NCBI GenBank assembly: GCA_963662965.1
Contig: OY759970.1
Coordinates: 3,649,204 to 3,713,203 of the forward strand
Direction of reading: 5' to 3'
DNA: 64,000 nucleotides
Origin: Vicinamibacterales bacterium
GTDB taxonomy: Bacteria; Acidobacteriota; Vicinamibacteria; Vicinamibacterales; UBA8438
In this document: positions 1-9,720 of the stretch, in pieces
Layout: each line of letters starts with the position of its first letter
Numbering within the stretch: the stretch's first letter is position 1
Notes under the pieces: model-generated
Database searches by the model: none
Seen by the model: only the letters and a program-made list of their open reading frames with translations
Told to the model about the DNA's origin: nothing
Program-made: the position numbers and the translations under genes

Positions 1-27
1 CGCCAGCGCCGTATACGCGGTCGAGGG

Positions 28-197
28 GCGATATTCTCCCAGTCTGAGCATAGTTAGACGGGGCCTGCGGCCCCGCACCCCGCCGCCGGCACTCGTGAAG
101 CCCCCTCGCCCCACTCCGTGCCGGCGGGGCGCGCCGTGCGCGCCCTGATCCTGATTCGGGCGACCGATCGGCGAAGAGCGATATTCCCCCAGTCTGA
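28..197. repeat. Intergenic GC-rich palindromic element bounded by a 20-bp direct repeat
   Basis: GCGATATTCYCCCAGTCTGA at 28-47 and 178-197 (1 mismatch), with internal hairpins (GGGGCC..GGCCCC; GCCGGCAC..GTGCCGGC). Confidence 0.55.
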
Positions 198-1616
198 TCA
201 CGGTCCGGCGGGTACCTTCTCTTGTGACGGGAAGCGCACCTGGCAGAGCGGGCAGCCGATGACGTAGTCGTTCTTCGTCAGCTTCAAGCGCGCGCGCCGT
301 TCGCCCATCTCCCGCTCGAACTCCTCATCGGTCAAGGCGATGGCCTCGCCGAGGTCGATGAACATGTTGGCGACCGAGCGCCGGCCGCCGCCCCCCCAGT
401 TGCGCGGGTCAACGACGTTGCGGTTGCCGGGCGAATTGTCCATGTAGCCGATGAGCTGCAGAATCGTCCCCTTCGGCAGCAGCGGCGCCGCGTCGTCGCC
501 GTAGACGTAGCTGCGCACCCAGTTGTGGTCGTACCCGGCGCAGGACAACGTCTGGACGCTCGCGCCCCAGATGGCGTTCAAGCACATCCGCCGGCCGGGC
601 GCGTGCATGTGCGGCTCGAACGTCAGGATCTTCGTGTGCTGCTCGAGCACCGTATAGGCATAGAGGTGCTGGTCGTTGTCCATCGGCTTGATGTCGATGT
701 CGACGCCGTTACCGGTCAGTCGTCGCACCCAGCGCACCGAGGGCTCGTAGCCCCGTGGGTGAAACTTGAAGGCAAACTCGAGATACGCCTTGGTCTCACG
801 CCCGTTGGAGTGGAGATGGGCCGTCTCGAGGTTGAGAATCGTCCCGGCGGCCAGGATGCGCCCGGCGTTCGGCGGGAAGATATCGGCGTTGCGACCAACT
901 TCGTGCACCGGCCAGACGGTCGTGGTCTCGTCGCCGAACGACGCGGCGGTCTCGTCCTCGAGATGAGACGACCAGTTCAGGTGGTGAAAGACAAACCGCC
1001 CTCCGACGGTGTTGCTGTTGCCGTCTTTCGGGATGTCGTTGACCTCTCGGATCTCGACCGCCGCCACATACCGGTCTTCGGTGAGTCCGGTCTCAACCGT
1101 CCCGATCGGCTCCCACCGATCGGCGCCGGTGGCCCCCACCGTCACTTCCCGTGACCGGAGCACAAGGTCGGGCTCTCCTATGCGCCAGCCGTCGTCTTCA
1201 CCCGGGACGAACTTTAGCGGCGGAAGGTCGGCCGGATCACCACGCGGGGCGCCGTTGTCAGCCCACGTCGCGATCGCCGTGATCTCCGCCTCGTTGAGCG
1301 ACGGGTCGTCCTTGAAACCTTGGACCCCGATGTCCTTCTCGATGAACCAGGGCGGCATCGCGCCGCGTTCGTTGCGGAGCGCGGTCCGGTTCTTCATCGC
1401 GCGGGCCCACGGGCGCACCTCCTCGTAGGTCAGCAGCGACATCGGTGCCACTGAATCGGGTCGATGGCAATGCTGGCAGCTCCGCTGCAGAATCGGTGCG
1501 ATGTCCCGCGTGAAGGTGACGGGGACGGCGTCCGTCTGGGCGAACACGGGAACGGGAATCGCGAGGATGAGCAGCGCAACGACCGCAGCCAGCGGAGGCA
1601 GGTCTCGAACATTCAT
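198..1616 (-). CDS. Secreted c-type heme (CxxCH) + copper-monooxygenase-like (PHM/PNGase F fold) protein
   Basis: Signal peptide, TFTRDIAPILQRSCQHCH, HH (VFHH), HxH (PHMH), late Met (ANMF); ATG 1616 preferred over 1661. Confidence 0.75.
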   Translation of the reverse strand: MNVRDLPPLAAVVALLILAIPVPVFAQTDAVPVTFTRDIAPILQRSCQHCHRPDSVAPMSLLTYEEVRPWARAMKNRTALRNERGAMPPWFIEKDIGVQGFKDDPSLNEAEITAIATWADNGAPRGDPADLPPLKFVPGEDDGWRIGEPDLVLRSREVTVGATGADRWEPIGTVETGLTEDRYVAAVEIREVNDIPKDGNSNTVGGRFVFHHLNWSSHLEDETAASFGDETTTVWPVHEVGRNADIFPPNAGRILAAGTILNLETAHLHSNGRETKAYLEFAFKFHPRGYEPSVRWVRRLTGNGVDIDIKPMDNDQHLYAYTVLEQHTKILTFEPHMHAPGRRMCLNAIWGASVQTLSCAGYDHNWVRSYVYGDDAAPLLPKGTILQLIGYMDNSPGNRNVVDPRNWGGGGRRSVANMFIDLGEAIALTDEEFEREMGERRARLKLTKNDYVIGCPLCQVRFPSQEKVPAGP

Positions 1617-1753
1617 GGCACGCTCCCGCGCGACCGTACCATGGAGCGTGGTCACGGTCAAAAACGGGGACGGACGACGCTGGCTCTTGCGCCGGACCGA
1701 GCGTCGCCGTATCGTGACGTCGGGCTAACGGTGCCGAAACACGGGAGCTGCAG

Positions 1754-2692
1754 ATGATTCGACTCGGGTTCGTGCTCGCCATCGCGCTGGCGGTGGTCGC
1801 CGCCGCATCGGTGCAGGATGTCGCTGATACCAAAGACGTCTATGACCGCGTCACGCACGGCTACGCCGACAACGACGGCGTGCGTATCCACTACGCGAGC
1901 CTCGGCGACGGCCCGCTGGTGGTGATGATCCATGGGTTCCCAGATTTCTGGTACACGTGGCGTGACCAGATGGCGGCACTTTCGAGCGAGTACCACGTCG
2001 TGGCGGTCGACCTGCGGGGCTACAACCGAAGCGACAAGCCGGTGGGTGTCGCGGCGTACGCGATGCCGAATCACCTCGCCGACGTGGCGGCTGTCATCAA
2101 GCAGGTGGGCGAAGACCGCGCCACGATCGTCGGTCATGACTGGGGCGGGGCGGTGGCCTGGTCGTTCGCCCTGACACGTCCCGAGATGACCGACAAGCTG
2201 GTGATTCTGAACCTGCCGCATCCGAACGGTCTGTCGCGCGAGCTGCAAACCAATCCGCAGCAGTACGAGAACAGCGCTTACGCGCGTACATTTCAAGAGA
2301 AAGACCCCGACGATCCCATGGTGTTCTTCGGGCGCCCGATGACGCCACAGACACTGTCTGGCTGGGTGAGGGATCCCGACGCGCGGGCGCGCTACGTCGA
2401 GGCGTTCGAGCGGTCTGACTTCACGGGGATGCTGAACATGTACAAGGCCAACTATCCCCTGGTGAAGCCGGGTGACGACCCACCGCCGCTCGCGCCGAAG
2501 GCGCAGATGCCGGTGCTGATGTTTCACGGCCTCGACGACACCGCTTTGCTGCCGGGCGCGCTGAACAACACCTGGGACTGGCTCGAGAAAGACCTCACGC
2601 TCGTCACCGTGCCGGGGGCCGGTCACTTCGTGCAGCAGGACGCGAGCGAGCTCGTGACGACGACGATGCGGTGGTGGCTGGCAGCCCGGTAG
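1754..2692 (+). CDS. Alpha/beta hydrolase (epoxide hydrolase-like), secreted
   Basis: [28 protein letters not shown] motifs. Confidence 0.9.
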   Translation: MIRLGFVLAIALAVVAAASVQDVADTKDVYDRVTHGYADNDGVRIHYASLGDGPLVVMIHGFPDFWYTWRDQMAALSSEYHVVAVDLRGYNRSDKPVGVAAYAMPNHLADVAAVIKQVGEDRATIVGHDWGGAVAWSFALTRPEMTDKLVILNLPHPNGLSRELQTNPQQYENSAYARTFQEKDPDDPMVFFGRPMTPQTLSGWVRDPDARARYVEAFERSDFTGMLNMYKANYPLVKPGDDPPPLAPKAQMPVLMFHGLDDTALLPGALNNTWDWLEKDLTLVTVPGAGHFVQQDASELVTTTMRWWLAAR

Positions 2693-2705
2693 CTGCTCCG
2701 GGGTC

Positions 2706-4280
2706 GTGCCGCAGACGCTCCGGACCGTCGTCGAGACCCGCGCCCGAGAGACACCCGACGCGCCGTTCGCCATCTTCGACGATCTGCACGGCCAGCTCAC
2801 GACGCGCACCTACGGAGAGCTCGATCGCGAGGTGAACCGGACCGCTCACCTTCTGAGCGACCTCGGCGTCCGCCGCGGCGATACGCTCTGCCTCCTCCTC
2901 GGCAACTGCCTCGAATTCTTCGACCTCTGGTTCGCCGCGGCGAAGATTGGCGCCGTCATCGTTCCGGTAAACACGGCGTCGTCGGCGGCCGAGCTCGAAT
3001 TTCTGGTCTCGCACTCCGACAGCAAGCTCATCTTCACGCAACCAAACCACGTCGCTGTCGCCCGGGAGGTCGCCGACCGCTGCGCCGCGGTCACCACGGT
3101 CATATCGGACGATTTCGCCGCGTTGGCCGCCTCGCGCCCCGAGACACCCCCCGACCAGCCGGCGCCGCTGCACGGCGACGACGTGGCCATCCTCTATACG
3201 TCCGGCACGACCGCGCGTCCGAAAGGCGTCGTGGTCACCCACGGCAACTACATCTGCGCCGGGGAGACGGTGGCCCGCGCGATTCGCCTCACCTCCGACG
3301 ACCGGCATCTCGTCGTCTTGCCGCTCTTCCATGGCAACGCGCAGTACTACTCGACGATGAGCGCGCTGGTGAGGGGCGCGAGCCTGGCGCTCATGGCCCG
3401 CTTCAGCGCGAGCCGCTACTTCGACCAGGCGGTTGCGCACGGCTGCACCGTGTCAAGTTTGTTTGCGGCACCGATCCGGATGCTGTTGGCCCAGACCGAT
3501 GACCACGACCGGCGGCGCGCGCACGCCGCGAACCGATTACGCGTGGTGCTGTTTGCCCAGAGCGTCACGCCGCTGCAGCTCGTCGAGTGGGACGAGCGAT
3601 TCGGGGCGCCGCTGCTCCAGCTGTGGGGTATGACCGAAACGATGGGACCGCCGCTCATGAATCCGCTCGACGGCGACCGCCGCAACATGTCGATGGGGAA
3701 GCCGGTGGTGGGCTACGAGGTTCGGGTCGTGGCCGAGGCCGATCTCGACGCCGACGTCGACCCTCGGCCGGTCGCTCCCGGGAAGGTCGGTCAGATCGTC
3801 GTGCGCGGTGTGCCGGGCGACTCGCTGATGAAGGGCTACTTCAAGAATCCCGAGGCGACCGCCTCGACCATCCGCGACGGGTGGCTGTGGAGCGGTGACA
3901 ACGCGCGGCAGGACGAGGAGGGCTTTTTCTATTTCGTCGACCGCGCCAAAGATATGATCAAGCGAGCCGGAGAGAACGTCGCCGCGAGCGAGGTCGAAGC
4001 GGTGATCCGTGAGCACCCCCGGGTATTCGATTGCGCGGTGATCGGCGTGCCGGATGAGGTCCGGGACGAGGCAATCCTCGCATTCGTCGTCCGGCGCCCG
4101 CCAGCGACGGACGCGCTGCTGACCGAGGCGGAGGTGCTCGACTGGTGCCGCGAGCGCCTCGCCAGCTTTAGGGTCCCGCAAGTGGTGCGGTTCCGCGCCG
4201 AGCTCCCGCGCACGGCGGTCGGAAAGATCCAGAAGCACGTCCTCCGCGCCTCCGTTGACTTGTCGTCGGGAAGCTCCTAA
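2706..4280 (+). CDS. Acyl-CoA synthetase (CaiC/crotonobetaine-CoA ligase-like)
   Basis: YTSGTTARPKG, WGMTE, SGD, RAKDMIKRAGENV, PRTAVGKIQK. Confidence 0.88.
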   Translation: MPQTLRTVVETRARETPDAPFAIFDDLHGQLTTRTYGELDREVNRTAHLLSDLGVRRGDTLCLLLGNCLEFFDLWFAAAKIGAVIVPVNTASSAAELEFLVSHSDSKLIFTQPNHVAVAREVADRCAAVTTVISDDFAALAASRPETPPDQPAPLHGDDVAILYTSGTTARPKGVVVTHGNYICAGETVARAIRLTSDDRHLVVLPLFHGNAQYYSTMSALVRGASLALMARFSASRYFDQAVAHGCTVSSLFAAPIRMLLAQTDDHDRRRAHAANRLRVVLFAQSVTPLQLVEWDERFGAPLLQLWGMTETMGPPLMNPLDGDRRNMSMGKPVVGYEVRVVAEADLDADVDPRPVAPGKVGQIVVRGVPGDSLMKGYFKNPEATASTIRDGWLWSGDNARQDEEGFFYFVDRAKDMIKRAGENVAASEVEAVIREHPRVFDCAVIGVPDEVRDEAILAFVVRRPPATDALLTEAEVLDWCRERLASFRVPQVVRFRAELPRTAVGKIQKHVLRASVDLSSGSS

Positions 4281-4295
4281 AGTGCGTAAGATCCG

Positions 4296-4836
4296 ATGAA
4301 ACGTGTCATTCTCCCCCTCGTCGCCATGGCGGCCGCCGCCGTGCCCGCCGCTGGACAGACTCCGACCTTCACGAAAGATGTTGCGCCGATCGTCTTCGAC
4401 AACTGCGTAACCTGCCATCGACCGAACCACATCGCGCCGATGGCGCTCCGCTCCTATGCGGAAGCCCGTCCCTGGGCCCGGTCGATCAAGGATGTGGTGG
4501 CGTCACGCACGATGCCGCTGTGGGGCGCCGATCCGAACCACAGCCTCCCGTTCCTCAACGAGCGCTATCTCGACCAGGCCGAGATCGACACGATCGTCGC
4601 CTGGGTCGACGCCGGTGCGCCAAAGGGGAACGACGCCGACCTGCCGTCGCTGCCCAGCTTCGTGGATGGCTGGACATATGAGGGTGGGGAGCCGGACTAC
4701 GTCGTCCCGATGCCGATCGTCTACGAGATCTCAGCCGAGGGCGAGGAGGACTACCTCGACTTCTGGTCGCCGATGCCGTGGCAGGAGGATCGCTTCGCGG
4801 AGGTGTTGGAGCTGCGGCCGAGCAACTACGCCGTGA
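4296..4836 (+). pseudogene. 5' part of a second CxxCH/Cu-monooxygenase-like paralog, truncated by IS5
   Basis: TFTKDVAPIVFDNCVTCH; similarity to 198-1616 stops at the IS5 terminal repeat. Confidence 0.8.
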
Positions 4837-5931
4837 CGCTGCCTTGGTGCACAACTCCATTGAGGGCTGAGAGTCTCCCGTGACTCCGCCTGCCGGTCAT
4901 CCGATCATCTCGCCATCGGGTATCCCGAGCGCCGTCATGGTGTTCAGGATCTTGCACCCCAACCTCACCTCGACTCTCTGGGACGCCAGTCCCCTCGCTC
5001 GCATCGCTGAGCCCAGGATGGCCTTGTAGCGGTGGAACGTCGTCTCCACCTTGCTTCGCCTGCTGTAGCCCGATGCGACGTACCACTTCCGTTTCCCAAC
5101 ACGTGATCGTGCTCGGATGTTACGAGTCCGCTGTCGCGTGCCCGCGGAGTCGAGCGCGAGCTGAGCGCCCTTTCGTGGCGGTATCAGCACCTTCGGCGAT
5201 CGATGAGCACGGTGATTCTCCAGCGTCTTCTAGACGTCGCCGGTGTCGTACGCGGCGTCGGCCTTGGCCGAGGCGATGGGACGCTCGATCTGGCCGACGA
5301 GTGACGCCACCCGGGAAGCGTCTCGAGCCCGCTTGCTCGTGAGCGCGCAGGCGACCACGTCACTGGTTGGCTCATCCACAGCGAGGTGCAGCTTGCGGTA
5401 GTCCCTGGCTTTCGGCGAAGTGCGCAACTGGCCGACGTGCACTGAAAGACCGCTGCTGTCGATGCGGAGGTGGACGGGCTTCACGGTTCGCCTCTCGTAG
5501 GAAGCAACCTTCCCCAGCCTCGCCTTGCGCCTCGAGATCGTGCTGTGGTCGGGCACGTCGTTGTCCAGATTCAGGAGCGTCAGCAGCGAGCGCAGGAAGC
5601 CCTCAGTCTGCCTGGACGCCAGGCCAAACACCAAGCCCAAGGTGACCGTCGTCTCGATGGCGTGGTTCGAGTACTTGCGTTGTCGGCCTGGCTTCCTGCG
5701 CGTCGGCCTCGGCGAGTTCCAGTTGGCGAGCTTGCCATCGGTGAGTCCGAGCCAGACGATCAGACTCCCGCGAGCGCGGAGACCCGTCTCGTACTCCCGC
5801 CAATTCCGGACACGGTAGGCCTTCTGGACGTACTTCCGCTGGGTGCGCTTGAAACTCGTCATGCGGGACCTCGGATCTCGGGGTGGAGGGCAATGATTGA
5901 CCGAGATCGCGAGTTGTGCACCAAGGCAGCG
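4837..5931 (-). mobile_element. IS5 family (IS903-like) element; transposase 5862-4897 with internal TAG at 5230-5232
   Basis: 21-bp IRs CGCTGCCTTGGTGCACAACTC (4837-4857 / 5911-5931); YRVRNWREY, PDHSTISRR, IDSSGL, ADAAYD motifs; no TSD. Confidence 0.88.
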
Positions 5932-6144
5932 CGAAGCTCAAGGCCCTCGTTCGCACCGCTCGCTGGCGCAGCACCGAGACGCTCTGGCCGTTCCTCGGCG
6001 AGTGCTTGGCGCACTTCAGCCCTGACGAATGCCGCAACTCTTTTCGGCACTGCGGGTACTCGGCCGCCACACGGTCATGAAAAGCGCTTTAGCCGGAGAG
6101 AACTCCGGCGACGCCGGTAAGATAGGCGGAGCAAGGAGACTCCC

Positions 6145-7467
6145 ATGACTGTGCGCAAGCTTCGGCTGTTCCCGTGTGTGCTGTTCGTTCTGGTACTGGT
6201 CGGTTGCTTTTCGACCTCCCACGTCATGGCGCAATCGGCGTCCGGCCTGCCTGTCTGTGATCCCGACAATGGCGGTTTGATTCTTCCGGAAGGCTTCTGC
6301 GGGCTGGTGGTCGCCGACGGGCTCGAGGGGGCCCGGCATCTCGATGTGAGCGCCGAGGGTGACGTCTATGTCCACATTCGGGAATCCCGCGGGCAAGAGG
6401 CGAACCCACCCGGCGCTGGGGTGGCTGCGCTCAGGGACGCCGATGGGGATGGCCGGGCCGAGGTTGTCCGGCGCTTCTCAGACCATTACGGCACCGGGTT
6501 GCAGTTGCGGGATGACCACCTGTATCTGTCGACGACGACCGAGGTCTATCGGTATCCCATGACGCCCGCGGAGCTGATGCCCACTGGTTCACCGGAGCTC
6601 ATCGTGTCCGGTTTCCCGGAGCAGCGTGGGCATTCGGCCAAGGCGTTCGCCTTCGACGAGTCGGGGCAGATGTATGTCAACGTCGGTGCGCCGTCGAACG
6701 TATGTATGGAGAATCGCCGCCCCGAGTCGCCTGGGCAGGACCCCTGTCCCCAGCGAGTCAGACAGGCCAGCGTCTGGCGCTTCGACGCGGAAGTCCCTGG
6801 ACAGACGCACGAGACCGGGTATCAGTTCGTGACCGGTATTCGGAACATCGTCGGCATCGCGTGGGACCCCGCCACCCAGGCGGTCTACGCGGTCCAGCAT
6901 GGCCGCGACGCGGTAAACACGCTGTGGCCCGCCCTCTATAACGCGGACGGTAACGCCGAGCTGCCTTCGGAAGAGCTGTTCCGCTTGTCCGACGGCGCCG
7001 ACTTCGGTTGGCCGTTCTGCTATCACGACCGGTTCCAGGGGAAGAAGGTACTGGCTCCGGAGTATGGTGGCGATGGCCGGCGCCTGGGCCGGTGTGCGGA
7101 TGTCGGCCAGCCGCTGGTGGCGTTCCCCGCCCACTGGGCGCCGAACGACCTGCTCTTCTACGACGGGTCGCAGTACCCGTCGCGATATCACGAGGGTGCC
7201 TTCGTCGTCTTCCACGGCTCCTGGAATCGTGCTCCGCTGCAACAGGGCGGTTATCAGGTGGCCTTCGCACCGCGTGAGAACGGCGAGTTCACCGGGCGGT
7301 ACGAGACGTTCGCGGGCGGGTTCGCAGTCACGTCACCATTGCTCTCTCCACAAGACGCGGTCCACCGTCCTGTCGGGATCGCCCAGGGACCCGACGGGTC
7401 GCTCTACGTCACGGCCGATGTGGGGGGCAAGGTCTGGAGAATCGTGTATCGCGGTGTGTCGGAATAG
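6145..7467 (+). CDS. PQQ-dependent sugar/sorbosone dehydrogenase family protein
   Basis: Signal peptide; GIRN, HGRD, DFGWPFCY, PAHWAP, FHGSWNRAP, GPDGSLYV. Confidence 0.88.
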   Translation: MTVRKLRLFPCVLFVLVLVGCFSTSHVMAQSASGLPVCDPDNGGLILPEGFCGLVVADGLEGARHLDVSAEGDVYVHIRESRGQEANPPGAGVAALRDADGDGRAEVVRRFSDHYGTGLQLRDDHLYLSTTTEVYRYPMTPAELMPTGSPELIVSGFPEQRGHSAKAFAFDESGQMYVNVGAPSNVCMENRRPESPGQDPCPQRVRQASVWRFDAEVPGQTHETGYQFVTGIRNIVGIAWDPATQAVYAVQHGRDAVNTLWPALYNADGNAELPSEELFRLSDGADFGWPFCYHDRFQGKKVLAPEYGGDGRRLGRCADVGQPLVAFPAHWAPNDLLFYDGSQYPSRYHEGAFVVFHGSWNRAPLQQGGYQVAFAPRENGEFTGRYETFAGGFAVTSPLLSPQDAVHRPVGIAQGPDGSLYVTADVGGKVWRIVYRGVSE

Positions 7468-7511
7468 AGCCGAACGCGACGCGCGCGCCAGACCCATGCA
7501 CGCCCACAGCG

Positions 7512-7677
7512 GGTGCTTCCGTCATCAAGTGTTGGTGAAGAGATCTTAAGCCCTAATCATCCAGATACTTCCAGCCGATTTTGACGCTGGCAGCTCTCTG
7601 GCACTGAATATCTAGTCTAAGCGGTTTAGTTAGAACGAGATAAGGGCTTGGTAGCAACAGTTGATGGCGGAAGCACC
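7512..7677. mobile_element. 166-bp MITE with IS1-type ends (copy 1)
   Basis: Ends GGTGCTTCCGTCATCAA / TTGATGGCGGAAGCACC; near-identical to 20938-21103. Confidence 0.85.
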
Positions 7678-7994
7678 GAATCTCGCGCTCCGTGACATGG
7701 CGAATCCGGGGCACGCGAATCGGCACGCGCTGGCCGGCCAACCCGACCGTCCCGGGGTTGCTCCCATGACGGCGCCCGCCGACTGACGGGTCTTTGCGGG
7801 CGTAGCGTTCGCCAGCCAGCGCGGTCACTTCCTCGTCGAGCAATTCCTCGATGTGCATCAACCCCAGCGGAATCAAGGACCGGATCAATTCCACCTTGGC
7901 ATCGACCTCCAGCTCCGCGTACCCCTCTCGGTCGATGACGTCGACCGCGCCCAACGTGCGACCTTTCTTGCGCTTCCTGACCGATCGTAGGACA
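7678..7994 (-). pseudogene. IS256 transposase 5' fragment
   Basis: Nearly identical to about 45217-45531; cut by the MITE on one side and an integrase-core IS on the other. Confidence 0.85.
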
Positions 7995-9162
7995 CCGTAA
8001 GGTGCGTTTAATGGGCCGAGGTCCGGTCAGTGCTGGTCGAGTCTCCCAAGTAATCTCAGGCCATGCCGCCTGCGCTACAGTTTCTCGTTCTCACGTTCGC
8101 TGGCTGGGTGACCCGCCACCAAGACGATCTGATCGCGTATCTCCGGGAGGAGAATCGGGTCCTCCGGGAGCACCTGGGCCCTCGGCCGCTTCGCCGGACC
8201 GATGCCCAACGCCATCGACTCGCCGTGCGCGGCCAGAAACTCGGACGGCGCGTCTTGATGCAGGTCGCCGGCATCGTCACGCCTGACCCGATTCTCCGCT
8301 GGTACCGGAGATTGATCGCCCAGACATACGACGGCAGCGCCCGCCGCGGTCGAGGCCGGCCGATGACGCGACGTGACGTGGCCGCGCTCATGGTCCGGCT
8401 GGCGGTCGAGAATCCCCAGTGGGGGTACACACGGATCCGCGGGGCGCTCTCGAACCTCGGCCACGAGATCGCTCGGACCACGGTGAAGCGGATCCTGCAC
8501 GACCACGGGATCGACCCGGCTCCCGAGCGGAGCCGGCGCCTGCCCTGGAAGACGTTCCTGCAGGCGCACGGGGAGGGCCTCACGGCCTGCGATCTGTTCA
8601 CCGTCGAGGTGCTCACGCTGGCCGGGCTCCAGCGGTACCTGGTCTTCTTCGTGATCGCGCTGCAGTCCCGCCGCGTGACCATCGCCGGGATCCATCCGCA
8701 GCCGTACGGCGCGTGGATGGAGCAGATGGCCCGCAATTTGACGGACCCGGTCGATGGCTGCTTGCGACGCGCCCGCTATCTGATGCACGACCGCGCCCCG
8801 CTCTACACGCGGGGTTTTGGCGAGATCCTAAAGGGCGGGGGTGTCCAGCCGATCCGTCTCCCGCCGAAGAGTCCCAATCTCACCGCGTATGCCGAGCGGT
8901 TCGTCCGCTCTATGAAAGAGGAGTGGCTCAGTCGCGTCGTCCCCCTCGGCGAAGGGCACTTGCGTCTCCTCGTGGGCGAGTACGTCGACCACTCCCATCG
9001 CGAGCGAAACCACCAGGGACTCGACAACCAGCTCCGGCCACGACCGCCACCGCCGGTGAGCCTGGCCGCCGACGTTCAGCGGCGGGAGCGTCTGGGCGGA
9101 TTGCTCAATTTCTACCACCGGGAGGCCGCATGAGCGGTCGGCCGATTAAACGCACCTTACGG
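7995..9162 (+). mobile_element. Integrase-core (DDE, rve-type) IS; transposase 8063-9133
   Basis: IRs CCGTAAGGTGCGTTTAAT; [24 protein letters not shown]. Confidence 0.85.
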
Positions 9163-9511
9163 GGTGCACCGCCACGCGTCGGTTGCCGAGCAGCATCGGA
9201 TGTTGGGTGTCGAAGCTGCGGGGGCACTGTGCCTACTACGGGATTACGGGGAACGCCTCGAGCCTGTCGACGTGCAGCTTTCACGTCGTCCACATCTGGC
9301 AGAAGTGGCTCAACCGTCGGTCGCAGAAGAGATCGATGCCGTGGAAGCGGTTCCTCCGCCTCCTCGCGCGATACCCTCTCCCGCGAATGACGGCCATCCA
9401 CTCGGCCGCGCGCGCGTAGCGAAGCCATCCGTCGAGGAGCCGGATGCGGAAGAACCCGCACGTCCGGATCTGTGGGGGGCTGGGGTCGGCAACGACCCTG
9501 GTCTACCCGAC
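9163..9511 (+). mobile_element. 3' remnant of a group II intron (maturase C-terminus + domains V/VI)
   Basis: KLRGHCAYYGITGN...WLNRRSQ; DV GAGCCGGATGCGGAAGAACCCGCACGTCCGGATCT from 9437; DVI ending CTACCCGAC at 9511. Confidence 0.85.
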
Positions 9512-9587
9512 CGAGGAGATGACCGGCGAGCAGGTCGCCGAAGCCCAACGCCGTGCGCGGGAGTGGGCGCCGACGCCCGAACTGTGA
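9512..9587 (+). pseudogene. C-terminal tail of a Sel1-repeat protein (3' exon of the intron)
   Basis: EEMTGEQVAEAQRRAREWAPTPEL*, a typical Sel1 protein tail. Confidence 0.6.
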
Positions 9588-9720
9588 GGCGACGGCTGGG
9601 CACTTTCGTTTCAAGCACATACGAGTTCGGCAGGACGCACGAACGGGTGCCGCAGGCGAAGGCTTGAGTCAGCGTCCGAGACCGCGTAGATTTACCACTC
9701 TGGACAGGAGCTCTCGACTC

